Virus genome (UHGV): UHGV-0317053
Origin: a virus
DNA length: 37,827 nucleotides
Reading direction: 5' to 3' (one strand)
Numbering within the stretch: the first letter of the stretch is position 1; every line of letters begins with the position of its first letter. Shown here in pieces: positions 29,353 through 37,328 of this stretch. The notes under the pieces were generated by a model. The model saw only the letters and a program-made list of their open reading frames with translations, ran no database searches and was not told the origin of the DNA. A program made the position numbers and the translations under genes.

Positions 29353-30002
29353 GCCGCCATCTCCCTGACCAGTTTTTCCGCCTGCTGGCGAACCTGCGCC
29401 AGAAACGCCTCACCACATGCCTCAAGTTCATCGCGCCCGATGTAGCTGATTGCCGGTCCCTTCCATGTCTTGTCAAAAACAGCAATAGCACCAGCGAAAA
29501 AAGCTCCTGTCGGTACCTGCTTCTCGTCTTTCGGGATAAACCAGACAGGCAGTTCAAAACCAATACGCCCGCGAATAAAAGCAATATGATCTGCATCTTC
29601 CGGCCACCACACTTCGCTGGTGGCAGCTTTGATCAGGAAAACATAGCGCCCGCCCTTATCACGCATGGCACTGGCATGTTTCATGATGTAACGCATGCCG
29701 GTGATGTATTGCCCCTCATGCTGACTGGCGCGGCTGTATGGGGGATTACCAAAGGCAGCACCTTTAAGCTCCGCAAGACGTTCTGACCAGTCATGCGCCA
29801 GCGCGTTGTCTTCCGCCGTGTAATACGCGGCACATTTGGCGTTATCACCGTCAGTGAACAGATCCAGAACAAACGGGCCAAACAGGGTGTTAATTCCCCA
29901 GAAAATGTTGTCCGGCGTGCGCCACTGATCGCCCACTTCCTTCAGTTCATGGGCTGGTTTGTTCCGCAGTTCCACCAGCGTCTGGCAATATTTATTACTC
30001 AT
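29349..30002 (-). CDS. phage Dam-family N6-adenine DNA methyltransferase
   Basis: NPPY catalytic motif (GNPPYSRAS); ATG 30002 overlaps upstream stop; ORF-track start 30035 is extension. Confidence 0.8.
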   Translation of the reverse strand: MSNKYCQTLVELRNKPAHELKEVGDQWRTPDNIFWGINTLFGPFVLDLFTDGDNAKCAAYYTAEDNALAHDWSERLAELKGAAFGNPPYSRASQHEGQYITGMRYIMKHASAMRDKGGRYVFLIKAATSEVWWPEDADHIAFIRGRIGFELPVWFIPKDEKQVPTGAFFAGAIAVFDKTWKGPAISYIGRDELEACGEAFLAQVRQQAEKLVREMAA

Positions 30003-30496
30003 TAAGCCCCCACGTAATTCCCTGACAGATACCACTCTTCACCCGATGCAGCGCGCTTGCTGCTTTTCCGTAAGCACCGCTCACGACGCGCCAGAAAATT
30101 GTTTCGTTCTGGCTGGGAGTGGCTTTCACGGAATGCCGCCATCCACACGGTTGCAGCACGACGGTATAAGCCCCTGGACTCCAGTTCTTCCGCCTGGCGG
30201 GTCAGGCACAAAATCACACGGGGATCGTTAGTGCCGACATAGAAATTGCGCACAGGTCTGGTTTCACGAACTGGTTGTGGTTCCGGTTCCTGCGCTCTCT
30301 CAGTCAGGCGCGGGAAATGTCTGCGTGTATCTCCTTCACAACGGTGAGCCACACGCCCACTCTGACGTAACTTGCTTGCTGACTGCAGAACGCGCTGCCG
30401 TGAGTAACCGGCAAAAGCATCCGCAATATCTCCGGAAGTACAGCCCGGATGGGCTTCAATGAATTTCTGAACGTCATTCAAAAGACTCATGCTCAC
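30002..30496 (-). CDS. yfdN: YfdN-like protein with PerC/ANR-like C-terminal motif
   Basis: 164 aa (same length as K-12 YfdN as recalled); motif GLYRRAATVWMAAF resembles PerC/Pch regulators. Confidence 0.45.
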   Translation of the reverse strand: MSMSLLNDVQKFIEAHPGCTSGDIADAFAGYSRQRVLQSASKLRQSGRVAHRCEGDTRRHFPRLTERAQEPEPQPVRETRPVRNFYVGTNDPRVILCLTRQAEELESRGLYRRAATVWMAAFRESHSQPERNNFLARRERCLRKSSKRAASGEEWYLSGNYVGA

Positions 30497-31434
30497 CCCC
30501 TGAATCCTGCCGGGATCTGGCTGTAGTCCACGTTGTCGTAACTGGCTTTGAAGTACGGGTCTTCGCGTTTTTCGGTGTACGTGCTGACGGACGGCGATAA
30601 GCGCAGGGAAAGCTCATCCCATTTTTCCCGCAGCTTCGACGGGCTGAGCACGTTACGGCACCAGAACGGATCGCGACTGACGCGGCTGTACATCTCGCAG
30701 ATTTGTTTATGAGTACGACCATCCTGCACACACATCAGGCGAATTTCGTTTGCCCAGGCTGTCCAGTTCGGTTCTTTGGGACGAACCACCTCGCCGTCAC
30801 ATTCGGCGGCCTGCTCGTACAGGGCGATGATTTTTTTCCAGAGCCACTGTGCGCAGGTCAAATCATCCTGCGTTCCCCACTGGCGCTTTTTAGGGCTGAA
30901 TACAACCGCATCAGGATGGCGAGTTAAAAACTCCTGTTCAGCCGTCTGCGTGTCCGGTTGCGAAGCGTCCGGACGAGAAGTTTTTTTATCTGACGGATCA
31001 TGTTTTGATTTTACTGACGGATCCCCGCCAGATTCTGACGGGTGAAAAACCGCTTTTTTGCCAGATTTCGACGCATCAAATTTTGACGGGTCAGATTTTG
31101 ATGCGTCAGATTTTGACGGGTCAGAATCTGACAGTTGAGAAAATGCCGCTGCCTGAAGCTTCGCAACGTTAAGCTGATAAACATTCGACGCATTGCGGTT
31201 ACCCTGGCGACGCGCCTTACGTGTTAACCAGCCTTCTGCTTCCAGCCGTGCGATAGCCGTTCTGACGGTACTCATCCCCGCGCCAATCTGGCGGGCAATG
31301 GTTTCAATTGATGGCCAGCACACACCTTCGTCATTACTGAAATCAGCCAGGCGGGCCATAATTGCCACGCTGGATAATTTCATGCCTGACGCAGCGCAAC
31401 CATCCCATACATAGCCGGTTAATTTAGTGCTCAT
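30493..31434 (-). CDS. replication initiator (lambda O-like, HTH) containing origin iterons
   Basis: N-terminal winged-helix region; internal low-complexity DPSKSDASKS repeats encoded by DNA iterons. Confidence 0.7.
   Translation of the reverse strand: MSTKLTGYVWDGCAASGMKLSSVAIMARLADFSNDEGVCWPSIETIARQIGAGMSTVRTAIARLEAEGWLTRKARRQGNRNASNVYQLNVAKLQAAAFSQLSDSDPSKSDASKSDPSKFDASKSGKKAVFHPSESGGDPSVKSKHDPSDKKTSRPDASQPDTQTAEQEFLTRHPDAVVFSPKKRQWGTQDDLTCAQWLWKKIIALYEQAAECDGEVVRPKEPNWTAWANEIRLMCVQDGRTHKQICEMYSRVSRDPFWCRNVLSPSKLREKWDELSLRLSPSVSTYTEKREDPYFKASYDNVDYSQIPAGFRG
30987..31135. repeat. iteron array (putative replication origin) inside the replication gene
   Basis: at least 6 direct copies of ~(a/t)ttt(t/c)tgacgg(g/a)tca plus adjacent A/T-rich stretch gaaaaaccgcttttttg. 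Confidence 0.65.
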
Positions 31435-31443
31435 GACCGACCT

Positions 31444-31782
31444 CTATTTCCCTGAATTTACGACGAAACTGTTCGAGCGGGCTGAAGCACTCATGCTCAT
31501 AGCCTTCACGGAGGTAGATAACCCGTTGTGTTTCCGGCTCCCAACGAATGACTCTGACGGGCACTCCGTAGTGATCTTTGAACCAGCGGTTAACTTGTCG
31601 CAAAGGACTGTCTCCTTCTGCCGGTTGAAATCACCCACAGCCCACTCGGCAAAGCTGTGGGTTACAATTTCCCTGTCACCTGGTACATTTACTGCATAGC
31701 AATACTCCACCTTCGCTTTTCCACCCAGTACAGGAAGCGCAATCAGTTGCGAGCGACGGTAGTGTGTTGTTAAACTGTTCAT
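31444..31782 (-). CDS. hypothetical protein (112 aa)
   Basis: ATG overlaps CII-like stop (ATGA); encloses a 9-bp perfect inverted repeat; coding status uncertain. Confidence 0.35.
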   Translation of the reverse strand: MNSLTTHYRRSQLIALPVLGGKAKVEYCYAVNVPGDREIVTHSFAEWAVGDFNRQKETVLCDKLTAGSKITTECPSESFVGSRKHNGLSTSVKAMSMSASARSNSFVVNSGK

Positions 31783-32375
31783 GCGTTAGTTTCTCCACAG
31801 TCACGACACGCCACGGCGCCCGGAGCTGCACACTCGCGGGCGTCATTACTTTCTGAAATGCAAAAAATTTTGTAGACCAGTGCTGCATGCTCCTGCAGCT
31901 TCGAAATTGAGAGATACAGCTCGTCGTTAATTGCTGTCTTCTCATGCGGTTCCACCACACCGTCTTCGATTGCCGAACGAATCTGTCTGGAATAACTGCC
32001 AATCTGTTCAATGACTTCCAGCAGGCGCTGGTTAATATCGGCGTTGTCCACATCCTCGACGTCAGGAAGAGACACAAAGACGCCATTTGCAGACTGCGCC
32101 ACAGCGTCAGCAATGAAGTGAGTTCCACCAGCACGTTGCAAAATCATTGCCCATCCCAGCGGGAAAATCTGATCGCCATCGGCACGAAGGCGGTTAAATA
32201 ATGCGTTTTCTGTTACATCCAGCCAGTCAGCTGCTTCAGCGTAACCACCCGGCAACGCTGCGATAGTTTTTCTGACAGCTTTCACGTACCACTCAGGCTG
32301 TTTTTCTACTTTCCAGTGATGCTTACCCACGGTTAGCCTCATCGTTCTGTGGTTTCTGTTAATCGATTTATCCAT
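31779..32375 (-). CDS. CII-like regulatory protein (phage 186 CII / YdaT-type)
   Basis: ATG overlaps cro stop (ATGGATAA); sequence pattern resembles remembered 186 CII family. Confidence 0.5.
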   Translation of the reverse strand: MDKSINRNHRTMRLTVGKHHWKVEKQPEWYVKAVRKTIAALPGGYAEAADWLDVTENALFNRLRADGDQIFPLGWAMILQRAGGTHFIADAVAQSANGVFVSLPDVEDVDNADINQRLLEVIEQIGSYSRQIRSAIEDGVVEPHEKTAINDELYLSISKLQEHAALVYKIFCISESNDARECAAPGAVACRDCGETNA

Positions 32376-32568
32376 TAGATTTTTCATAAAGCTCAGGTTT
32401 AAATGGCAACCGTCCGCAAGTTCTATATGCAGCTTCTGCTGCACGTCCTTTTGGAATTAACTGGCCCGGACGGTTTCGCCACTGATAAACGGCTTCAGTT
32501 GTTATGCCGAAAAAAGCAGCAACTTTCTCAATACTGCCGAAGTAGCTTTCGATATCGTCAGTTGTCAT
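32368..32568 (-). CDS. cro: Cro-like repressor
   Basis: 66 aa HTH protein divergent from cI; GGAGGG SD. Confidence 0.75.
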   Translation of the reverse strand: MTTDDIESYFGSIEKVAAFFGITTEAVYQWRNRPGQLIPKGRAAEAAYRTCGRLPFKPELYEKSNG

Positions 32569-32577
32569 ACGCCCTCC

Positions 32578-32634
32578 AAACTAAGTTTTATTAGATGCTA
32601 ATTACAAATCTATCTTTGGTCAATAAAAACTAAG
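32578..32634. promoter_or_regulatory. cI-cro operator region with repeated AAACTAAG motifs
   Basis: AAACTAAG at 32578..32585 and 32627..32634 flanking the pR hexamers; short palindromes ATTAG-N3-CTAAT and CTAAG-N4-CTTAG. Confidence 0.4.
32595..32623 (-). promoter_or_regulatory. candidate pR promoter
   Basis: minus-strand -35 TTGACC, 17-bp spacer, -10 TAGCAT, upstream of cro. Confidence 0.4.
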
Positions 32635-32665
32635 ATTACTTAGCAATTCAAGAAATGGTGCTCCT

Positions 32666-33292
32666 ATGGAAACGGTTGGTCAGCGTATAAAAGCTCTGAG
32701 AAGAGTTACCGGAACGTCCCAGAAAGAATTGGGTAAATTTTGTGGAGTAAGCGACGTTGCTGTGGGGTACTGGGAGAAAGACATCAATACCCCTGGTGGG
32801 GAGGCACTTTCGAAATTAGCGAAGTTCTTCAATACGTCAATAGACTACATTCTTTATGGTGCTGAGTTTGAAGGCAAACTCGTCACAAACATGCGCAGAG
32901 TTCCTGTAATATCGTGGGTTCAGGCTGGGCAGTTTACTGAGTGCAGGGCAGCAGAAGTGTTTAGTGAAGTGGACAAGTGGGTAGATACATCATTAAAGAT
33001 TGGTGATAACTCATTTGCATTAGAGGTTAAAGGTGACTCCATGACTAACCCTAATGGCCTCCCAACAATACCAGAAGGCGCAACAGTGATTGTAGATCCA
33101 GATGCAGAACCTCGTCATGGAAAAATAGTCATCGCTCGACTTGATGGAACAAACGAAGCTACAGTAAAAAAATTAGTCATCGATGGCCCTCAAAAGTTTT
33201 TAGTGCCATTAAATCCTCGGTATCCCAACATCCCTATCAATGGTAATTGCCTTATCATTGGTGTAGTCAAAGGAGTTCAATACGAACTCTAA
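32666..33292 (+). CDS. cI: CI-like repressor (HTH-XRE N-domain plus S24 LexA-like peptidase C-domain)
   Basis: 208 aa; HTH (SQKELGKFCGVSDVAVGYWE), Ala-Gly cleavage site (QAGQ), Ser/Lys dyad region (GDSM ... KK). Confidence 0.85.
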   Translation: METVGQRIKALRRVTGTSQKELGKFCGVSDVAVGYWEKDINTPGGEALSKLAKFFNTSIDYILYGAEFEGKLVTNMRRVPVISWVQAGQFTECRAAEVFSEVDKWVDTSLKIGDNSFALEVKGDSMTNPNGLPTIPEGATVIVDPDAEPRHGKIVIARLDGTNEATVKKLVIDGPQKFLVPLNPRYPNIPINGNCLIIGVVKGVQYEL

Positions 33293-33305
33293 GACCTCTC
33301 TTCTC

Positions 33306-33373
33306 TAACTAAGGCACCGAACTAAGAAAAGTTTGGTGTTTTCTCTTGCCATAATAACTAAGTTAAGTTAGAT
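33306..33373 (+). promoter_or_regulatory. candidate early-left promoter/operator (pL/OL analog)
   Basis: three AACTAAG copies (33306, 33319, 33355) and -35 TTGCCA / 17 bp / -10 TAGATT (33345..33373) immediately after cI. Confidence 0.35.
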
Positions 33374-33454
33374 TTTATATCAAAGATAACGAACAGGCAG
33401 GACGCCCACGAAGTAGCCGCCTGGGGCATATGAAGTCCAGGATGATTCGTTAGC

Positions 33455-33480
33455 AACAAAAAAGCGCCCTACAGGACGCT
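33455..33480 (-). terminator. intrinsic terminator for minus-strand transcript of orf144
   Basis: 7-bp stem including one G-U pair on the minus-strand RNA, 4-nt loop, T-run; on the plus strand the stem has a C-A mismatch and no T-run. Confidence 0.5.
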
Positions 33481-33539
33481 TAGCTCTTTAACAATCTGGT
33501 CCCCATCAACAAGTAACTGATAACTTGAGGAGATGTGAA

Positions 33540-33746
33540 ATGCACAAAACAGAACCCAAAATCGTCGCGCCTGGCTACACAGATGAGGAAATTTATGAGT
33601 GGATGACAAAGAAGCTGGCAGCTATAAACCAGCTTCGTGAAGTGCTGTCTTATCGACAGGAAACAATAGACTCCTTAAAAAAACTGGATCAGGAAATCAC
33701 GGTTTTATCACAGGATGTTACTTTAGATATTGTGCAGACAAATTAG
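33540..33746 (+). CDS. hypothetical 68-aa protein at the first-gene position of the early-left operon
   Basis: GAGGAG SD 7 nt upstream of ATG 33540; acidic, coiled-coil-like; 3' end overlaps orf144 convergently by 29 bp. Confidence 0.5.
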   Translation: MHKTEPKIVAPGYTDEEIYEWMTKKLAAINQLREVLSYRQETIDSLKKLDQEITVLSQDVTLDIVQTN

Positions 33747-34152
33747 GATCCCATTCATTTTCGTCAAAATCATCAAAGTGATGAATTTGTGATCTCCAGT
33801 CTCGATAATCTAAAAATTTCTGGGCGGTTACGCTTATTTTATCAAGTGTGAGTTCATCCTGAATTGAAAGAAGAAGTTCATCAAATTTCATCTCATTAAT
33901 CTGTTTTGGCATCCAGTGATGCTTCATCAGAATAAGGTGAACCAGAGCCTTTTTCCCATTCAACTGATTATAGGGAGTGCCGAATTTCTTCCGGTGCTCA
34001 TGTAAGACAAGGTCCAAAAGAGTAAGTAATGTTGCCCTTGATTCAACTTTGCTTATTTCGACTGATGACACTACCCCACTGATTTCAATGCCCCGATACT
34101 TTCCAACATTTTCACAGTGGGATTTGTACAGCGTATAGATATTACCGGACAT
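33718..34152 (-). CDS. hypothetical 144-aa protein in AT-rich island (candidate exclusion/defense factor)
   Basis: lone minus-strand gene with AAGGA SD, own terminator; low GC relative to flanks; C-terminal RDWRSQIH (Rx6H-like) motif. Confidence 0.6.
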   Translation of the reverse strand: MSGNIYTLYKSHCENVGKYRGIEISGVVSSVEISKVESRATLLTLLDLVLHEHRKKFGTPYNQLNGKKALVHLILMKHHWMPKQINEMKFDELLLSIQDELTLDKISVTAQKFLDYRDWRSQIHHFDDFDENEWDPNLSAQYLK

Positions 34153-34436
34153 TTCTTTTCCTTTTGCGTTGTTGGGGATAACCAGATTAACCGAATCCTT
34201 GTTGTTGGGGAATAACTAGGTCCACCTCGCCTGATGTGGCTAAAAGCAGGCACATAACAGCTAAGTATTTTCAACCAGAGAGAATCCTTAGCGTTGTGGT
34301 GAATGCGGCTCAGCGCACGCGGGTTAAGGTTGAGGCTGACAGTCGACCTTCTGTGGATACCCACCCGCCTGGTGTGCAACCTTCGCCAGGCACCGGGAGG
34401 CACCCGGCACCACAACTTTATGCTGTGTGTAGTCTT

Positions 34437-34483
34437 GGCGGTACCAGCTTGTACCCTTGCTTCCGGCTGGTACCGTCCTTTTT
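34437..34483 (+). terminator. intrinsic terminator-like hairpin in early-left leader
   Basis: 12-bp GC-rich stem (ggcggtaccagc / gctggtaccgtc) with 17-nt loop, then T5. Confidence 0.5.
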
Positions 34484-34485
34484 AC

Positions 34486-34570
34486 AAAACAGAGAAGAGC
34501 ATCACCGGACGACGGGCTCATAACCCAATCCATCCGGGCGGCAGTCACCGCAGGTGTTCTTCTCTGTTTT
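34486..34570 (+). terminator. second long-range stem with A-tract/T-tract flanks
   Basis: acagagaaga pairs with ttcttctctgt across ~57 nt GC-rich loop, followed by TTTT. Confidence 0.35.
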
Positions 34571-34620
34571 GTGGAGAAACTAACCGACCTTGCAGGGTCG
34601 ATATGATGAGGAGCAGCAAA

Positions 34621-34983
34621 ATGGCTAGCGAACGCAGTACTGATGTGCAGGCATTTATCGGGGAGCTGGACGGCGGCGTATTTGAAACCAAAATCGGCGC
34701 AGTTCTCAGTGAAGTCGCTTCCGGTGTGATGAACACGAAAACCAAAGGTAAGGTCTCGCTCAACCTGGAAATCGAACCGTTTGATGAGAACCGAGTGAAA
34801 ATCAAACACAAACTCTCATATGTTCGCCCGACTAACCGCGGGAAAATTTCCGAAGAAGACACCACCGAAACGCCAATGTATGTCAATCGCGGTGGTCGCC
34901 TGACTATTCTGCAGGAAGACCAGGGACAGTTACTGACTCTTGCCGGTGAACCTGACGGAAAACTCCGCGCAGCAGGTCGTTAA
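34621..34983 (+). CDS. yfdP: YfdP-like protein
   Basis: 120 aa; GAGGAG SD 7 nt upstream of ATG 34621; ORF-track start 34303 is an unlikely GC-rich extension; precedes yfdQ as in K-12. Confidence 0.6.
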   Translation: MASERSTDVQAFIGELDGGVFETKIGAVLSEVASGVMNTKTKGKVSLNLEIEPFDENRVKIKHKLSYVRPTNRGKISEEDTTETPMYVNRGGRLTILQEDQGQLLTLAGEPDGKLRAAGR

Positions 34984-35048
34984 TATCGTTTTTAATTAAC
35001 TGATTATTTATCTCATCACTGAATATCTTTATATAGTGAGGACTTATT

Positions 35049-35873
35049 ATGTCTCAGAACTTAGACGCAACCGCAATTAATCAAATCCATGCCCTTATTT
35101 CTGCTCAGGGTGTTAATGAAATTATCAGTAAGATTGGTGCCGATGCTGTGGCATTGCCTGAGAATTTCCGCATTCATGATCTGGAAAAATTTAATTTAAA
35201 TCGCTTCCGTTTCCGTGGTGCGCTTTCCACTGCCAGCATCGATGACTTTACCCGTTATTCTAAAGATCTTGCAGATGAAGGCACCCGCTGCTTTATCGAT
35301 GCTGATAATATGCGTGCCGTCAGTGTGCTTAACCTGGGTACTATTGATGAACCAGGTCACGCAGATAACACCGCCACACTCAAACTGAAAAAGACAGCAC
35401 CGTTCTCTGCTCTGTTGTCTGTTAACGGCGAGCGTAACTCCCAGAAGTCACTGGCAGAATGGATTGAAGACTGGGCCGACTATCTTGTGGGCTTTGATGC
35501 TAATGGTGACGCTATTCAGGCAACAAAAGCGGCTGCGGCTGTCCGTAAAATCACGATTGAAGCAAACCAGACCGCTGATTTTGAAGATAATGACTTCAGC
35601 GGCAAACGCTCCCTGATGGAGTCTGTCGAAGCGAAGACCAAAGACATTATGCCAGTGACATTTGAATTTAAATGCGTTCCGTTTGAAGGTCTGAAAGAAC
35701 GTCCGTTTAAATTACGCCTCAGTATTATCACTGGCGATCGTCCTGTACTGGTTCTGCGCATTATTCAGCTGGAGGCGGTGCAGGAAGAAATGGCTAACGA
35801 ATTTCGTGATCTGCTTGTTGAGAAATTCAAGGACAGCAAAGTAGAAACCTTTATTGGTACTTTCACCGCCTGA
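35049..35873 (+). CDS. yfdQ: YfdQ family protein (DUF2303)
   Basis: 274 aa, same length and order as K-12 CPS-53 yfdQ. Confidence 0.7.
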   Translation: MSQNLDATAINQIHALISAQGVNEIISKIGADAVALPENFRIHDLEKFNLNRFRFRGALSTASIDDFTRYSKDLADEGTRCFIDADNMRAVSVLNLGTIDEPGHADNTATLKLKKTAPFSALLSVNGERNSQKSLAEWIEDWADYLVGFDANGDAIQATKAAAAVRKITIEANQTADFEDNDFSGKRSLMESVEAKTKDIMPVTFEFKCVPFEGLKERPFKLRLSIITGDRPVLVLRIIQLEAVQEEMANEFRDLLVEKFKDSKVETFIGTFTA

Positions 35874-36000
35874 TTTCATTACTGCAAATGCCCCTGCGGG
35901 GGCATTTATGGAAACGTAATTTACTCAATAATCGCCGGATGGTGAGGGATTCTTTTTACCAGAATTCAGCGCGGTGCAGCGCATATACGTGGAGAACAAA

Positions 36001-36537
36001 ATGTCATTTATTAAAACTTTTTCCGGGAAGCATTTTTATTATGACAGGATAAATAAAGACGACATCGATATTAACGATATCGCGGTTTCCCTTTCAAATA
36101 TCTGTCGCTTTGCCGGTCATCTTTCGCACTTCTACAGCGTCGCCCAACATGCGGTTCTTTGCAGCCAGCTGGTGCCGCAGGAATTTGCTTTTGAAGCGTT
36201 AATGCATGATGCAACAGAAGCGTATTGCCAGGACATTCCCGCACCACTGAAACGCCTTCTTCCTGACTATAAACAAATGGAAGAAAAAATAGACGCCGTA
36301 ATCCGTGAGAAATACGGGTTACCCCCAGTTATGGGTACGCCCGTGAAATATGCCGATCTCATCATGCTGGCAACCGAACGCCGCGATCTCGGGCTTGATG
36401 ATGGCTCTTTCTGGCCTGTACTGGAAGGTATCCCGGCAACAGAGATGTTCAACGTGATTCCACTGGCACCGGGCCATGCCTACGGGATGTTTATGGAACG
36501 CTTTAACGAGTTATCGGAGTTACGCAAATGCGCATGA
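36001..36537 (+). CDS. yfdR: HD-domain phosphohydrolase YfdR-like
   Basis: HD-type His/Asp motifs (FAGHLSHFYSVAQHAV, MHDATEAY); 178 aa from ATG 36001. Confidence 0.7.
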   Translation: MSFIKTFSGKHFYYDRINKDDIDINDIAVSLSNICRFAGHLSHFYSVAQHAVLCSQLVPQEFAFEALMHDATEAYCQDIPAPLKRLLPDYKQMEEKIDAVIREKYGLPPVMGTPVKYADLIMLATERRDLGLDDGSFWPVLEGIPATEMFNVIPLAPGHAYGMFMERFNELSELRKCA

Positions 36538-36890
36538 ATGTTTTCGAAATGGAAGGGTTTCTTCGTGGGAGATGTGTACCGCGAGATCTGAAAGTAAATG
36601 AAACAGATGCTGAATACCTAGTGCGTAAATTCGATGCGCTTGAAGCTAAATGTGCAGCACAGGAAAACAAAGTAATACCAGTGTCAACTGAACTGCCACC
36701 AGCAAATGAAAGTGTTTTGTTATTCGATGCTAACGGAGAAGGCTGGCTAATTGGCTGGCGTTCTCTCTGGTACACCTGGGGACAAAAAGAAACCGGAGAA
36801 TGGCAGTGGACATTTCAGGTCGGGGACCTTGAAAACGTCAATATCACTCACTGGGCAGTAATGCCAAAAGCACCGGAGGCTGGAGCATAA
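36528..36890 (+). CDS. yfdS: YfdS-like protein (DUF551)
   Basis: 120 aa; order as in K-12. Confidence 0.65.
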   Translation: MRMNVFEMEGFLRGRCVPRDLKVNETDAEYLVRKFDALEAKCAAQENKVIPVSTELPPANESVLLFDANGEGWLIGWRSLWYTWGQKETGEWQWTFQVGDLENVNITHWAVMPKAPEAGA

Positions 36891-37195
36891 TGACCACTTT
36901 TACCGACAAAGAACTGATTAAAGAAATTAAAGAGCGTATCAGCAGCCTTGACGTGCGAAACGATATTGAGCGCCGTGCTTATGAAATCGCACTCCTATCT
37001 CTGGAAGTAGAACCAGATGAACGCGAAGCTTATGAATTATTCATGGAAAAGCGTTTCGGTGACTTAGTAGATCGTCGGAGAGCAAAAAACGGCGATAACG
37101 AATACATGGCATGGGATATGACTCTCGGTTGGATCGTCTGGCAGCAACGAGCTGGTATCCATTTTTCAACAATGTCACAGCAAGAGGTGAAATAA
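36890..37195 (+). CDS. yfdT: YfdT-like protein
   Basis: 101 aa; order as in K-12. Confidence 0.65.
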   Translation: MTTFTDKELIKEIKERISSLDVRNDIERRAYEIALLSLEVEPDEREAYELFMEKRFGDLVDRRRAKNGDNEYMAWDMTLGWIVWQQRAGIHFSTMSQQEVK

Positions 37196-37323
37196 TGGAG
37201 CCATACAGCCTCACACTCGATGAGGCATTTTCATTTATCAAGATATCCAGACCTACCATCGCCGCATCAATGCGGTTTTTTTTATTACCTGATTTGCAGG
37301 TTCGATTCCCTATTCGGAGATAG
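37195..37323 (+). CDS. ypdJ: small ORF (YpdJ-like, possible excisionase remnant)
   Basis: 42 codons, ATG overlaps yfdT stop; contains a terminator hairpin and a tRNA T-arm-like fragment, so coding status doubtful. Confidence 0.3.
   Translation: MEPYSLTLDEAFSFIKISRPTIAASMRFFLLPDLQVRFPIRR
37262..37283 (+). terminator. intrinsic terminator upstream of torI
   Basis: stem ccgca/tgcgg, 4-nt loop, followed by T8. Confidence 0.55.
37294..37309 (+). other. 16-bp exact copy of the argW T-arm (ttgcaggttcgattcc)
   Basis: identical to tRNA positions 2284..2299; lies ~300 bp inside the prophage from attR. Confidence 0.8.
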
Positions 37324-37328
37324 CACTC

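Noticed and set aside
30987-31135. Possible CRISPR array
   Set aside because: Repeats are short degenerate iterons inside a coding region with no regular spacers and no cas genes; they fit an ori-lambda-like origin
31427-31699. 90-aa plus-strand ORF antisense to orf112
   Set aside because: Opposes the operon direction and has no SD; the minus-strand ORF with an ATGA-coupled start is more plausible, though neither is certain
33461-33481. Hairpin after cI acting as a plus-strand terminator for the cI transcript
   Set aside because: On the plus-strand RNA the stem has a C-A mismatch and is not followed by a U-tract; on the minus strand it forms a G-U pair and has a U-run, so it is called as a minus-strand terminator
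34303-34620. N-terminal 106-codon extension of the yfdP ORF and other overlapping six-frame ORFs (34071..34415, 34236..34523, 34324..34809)
   Set aside because: GC-rich, Arg/Pro/Gly-rich junk-like translations in a strongly structured region; a GAGGAG SD precedes the internal ATG at 34621, which gives the 120-aa product
37294-37309. Second tRNA gene near torI
   Set aside because: Only the T-arm is present; no acceptor stem, D-arm or anticodon arm can be built from the flanks
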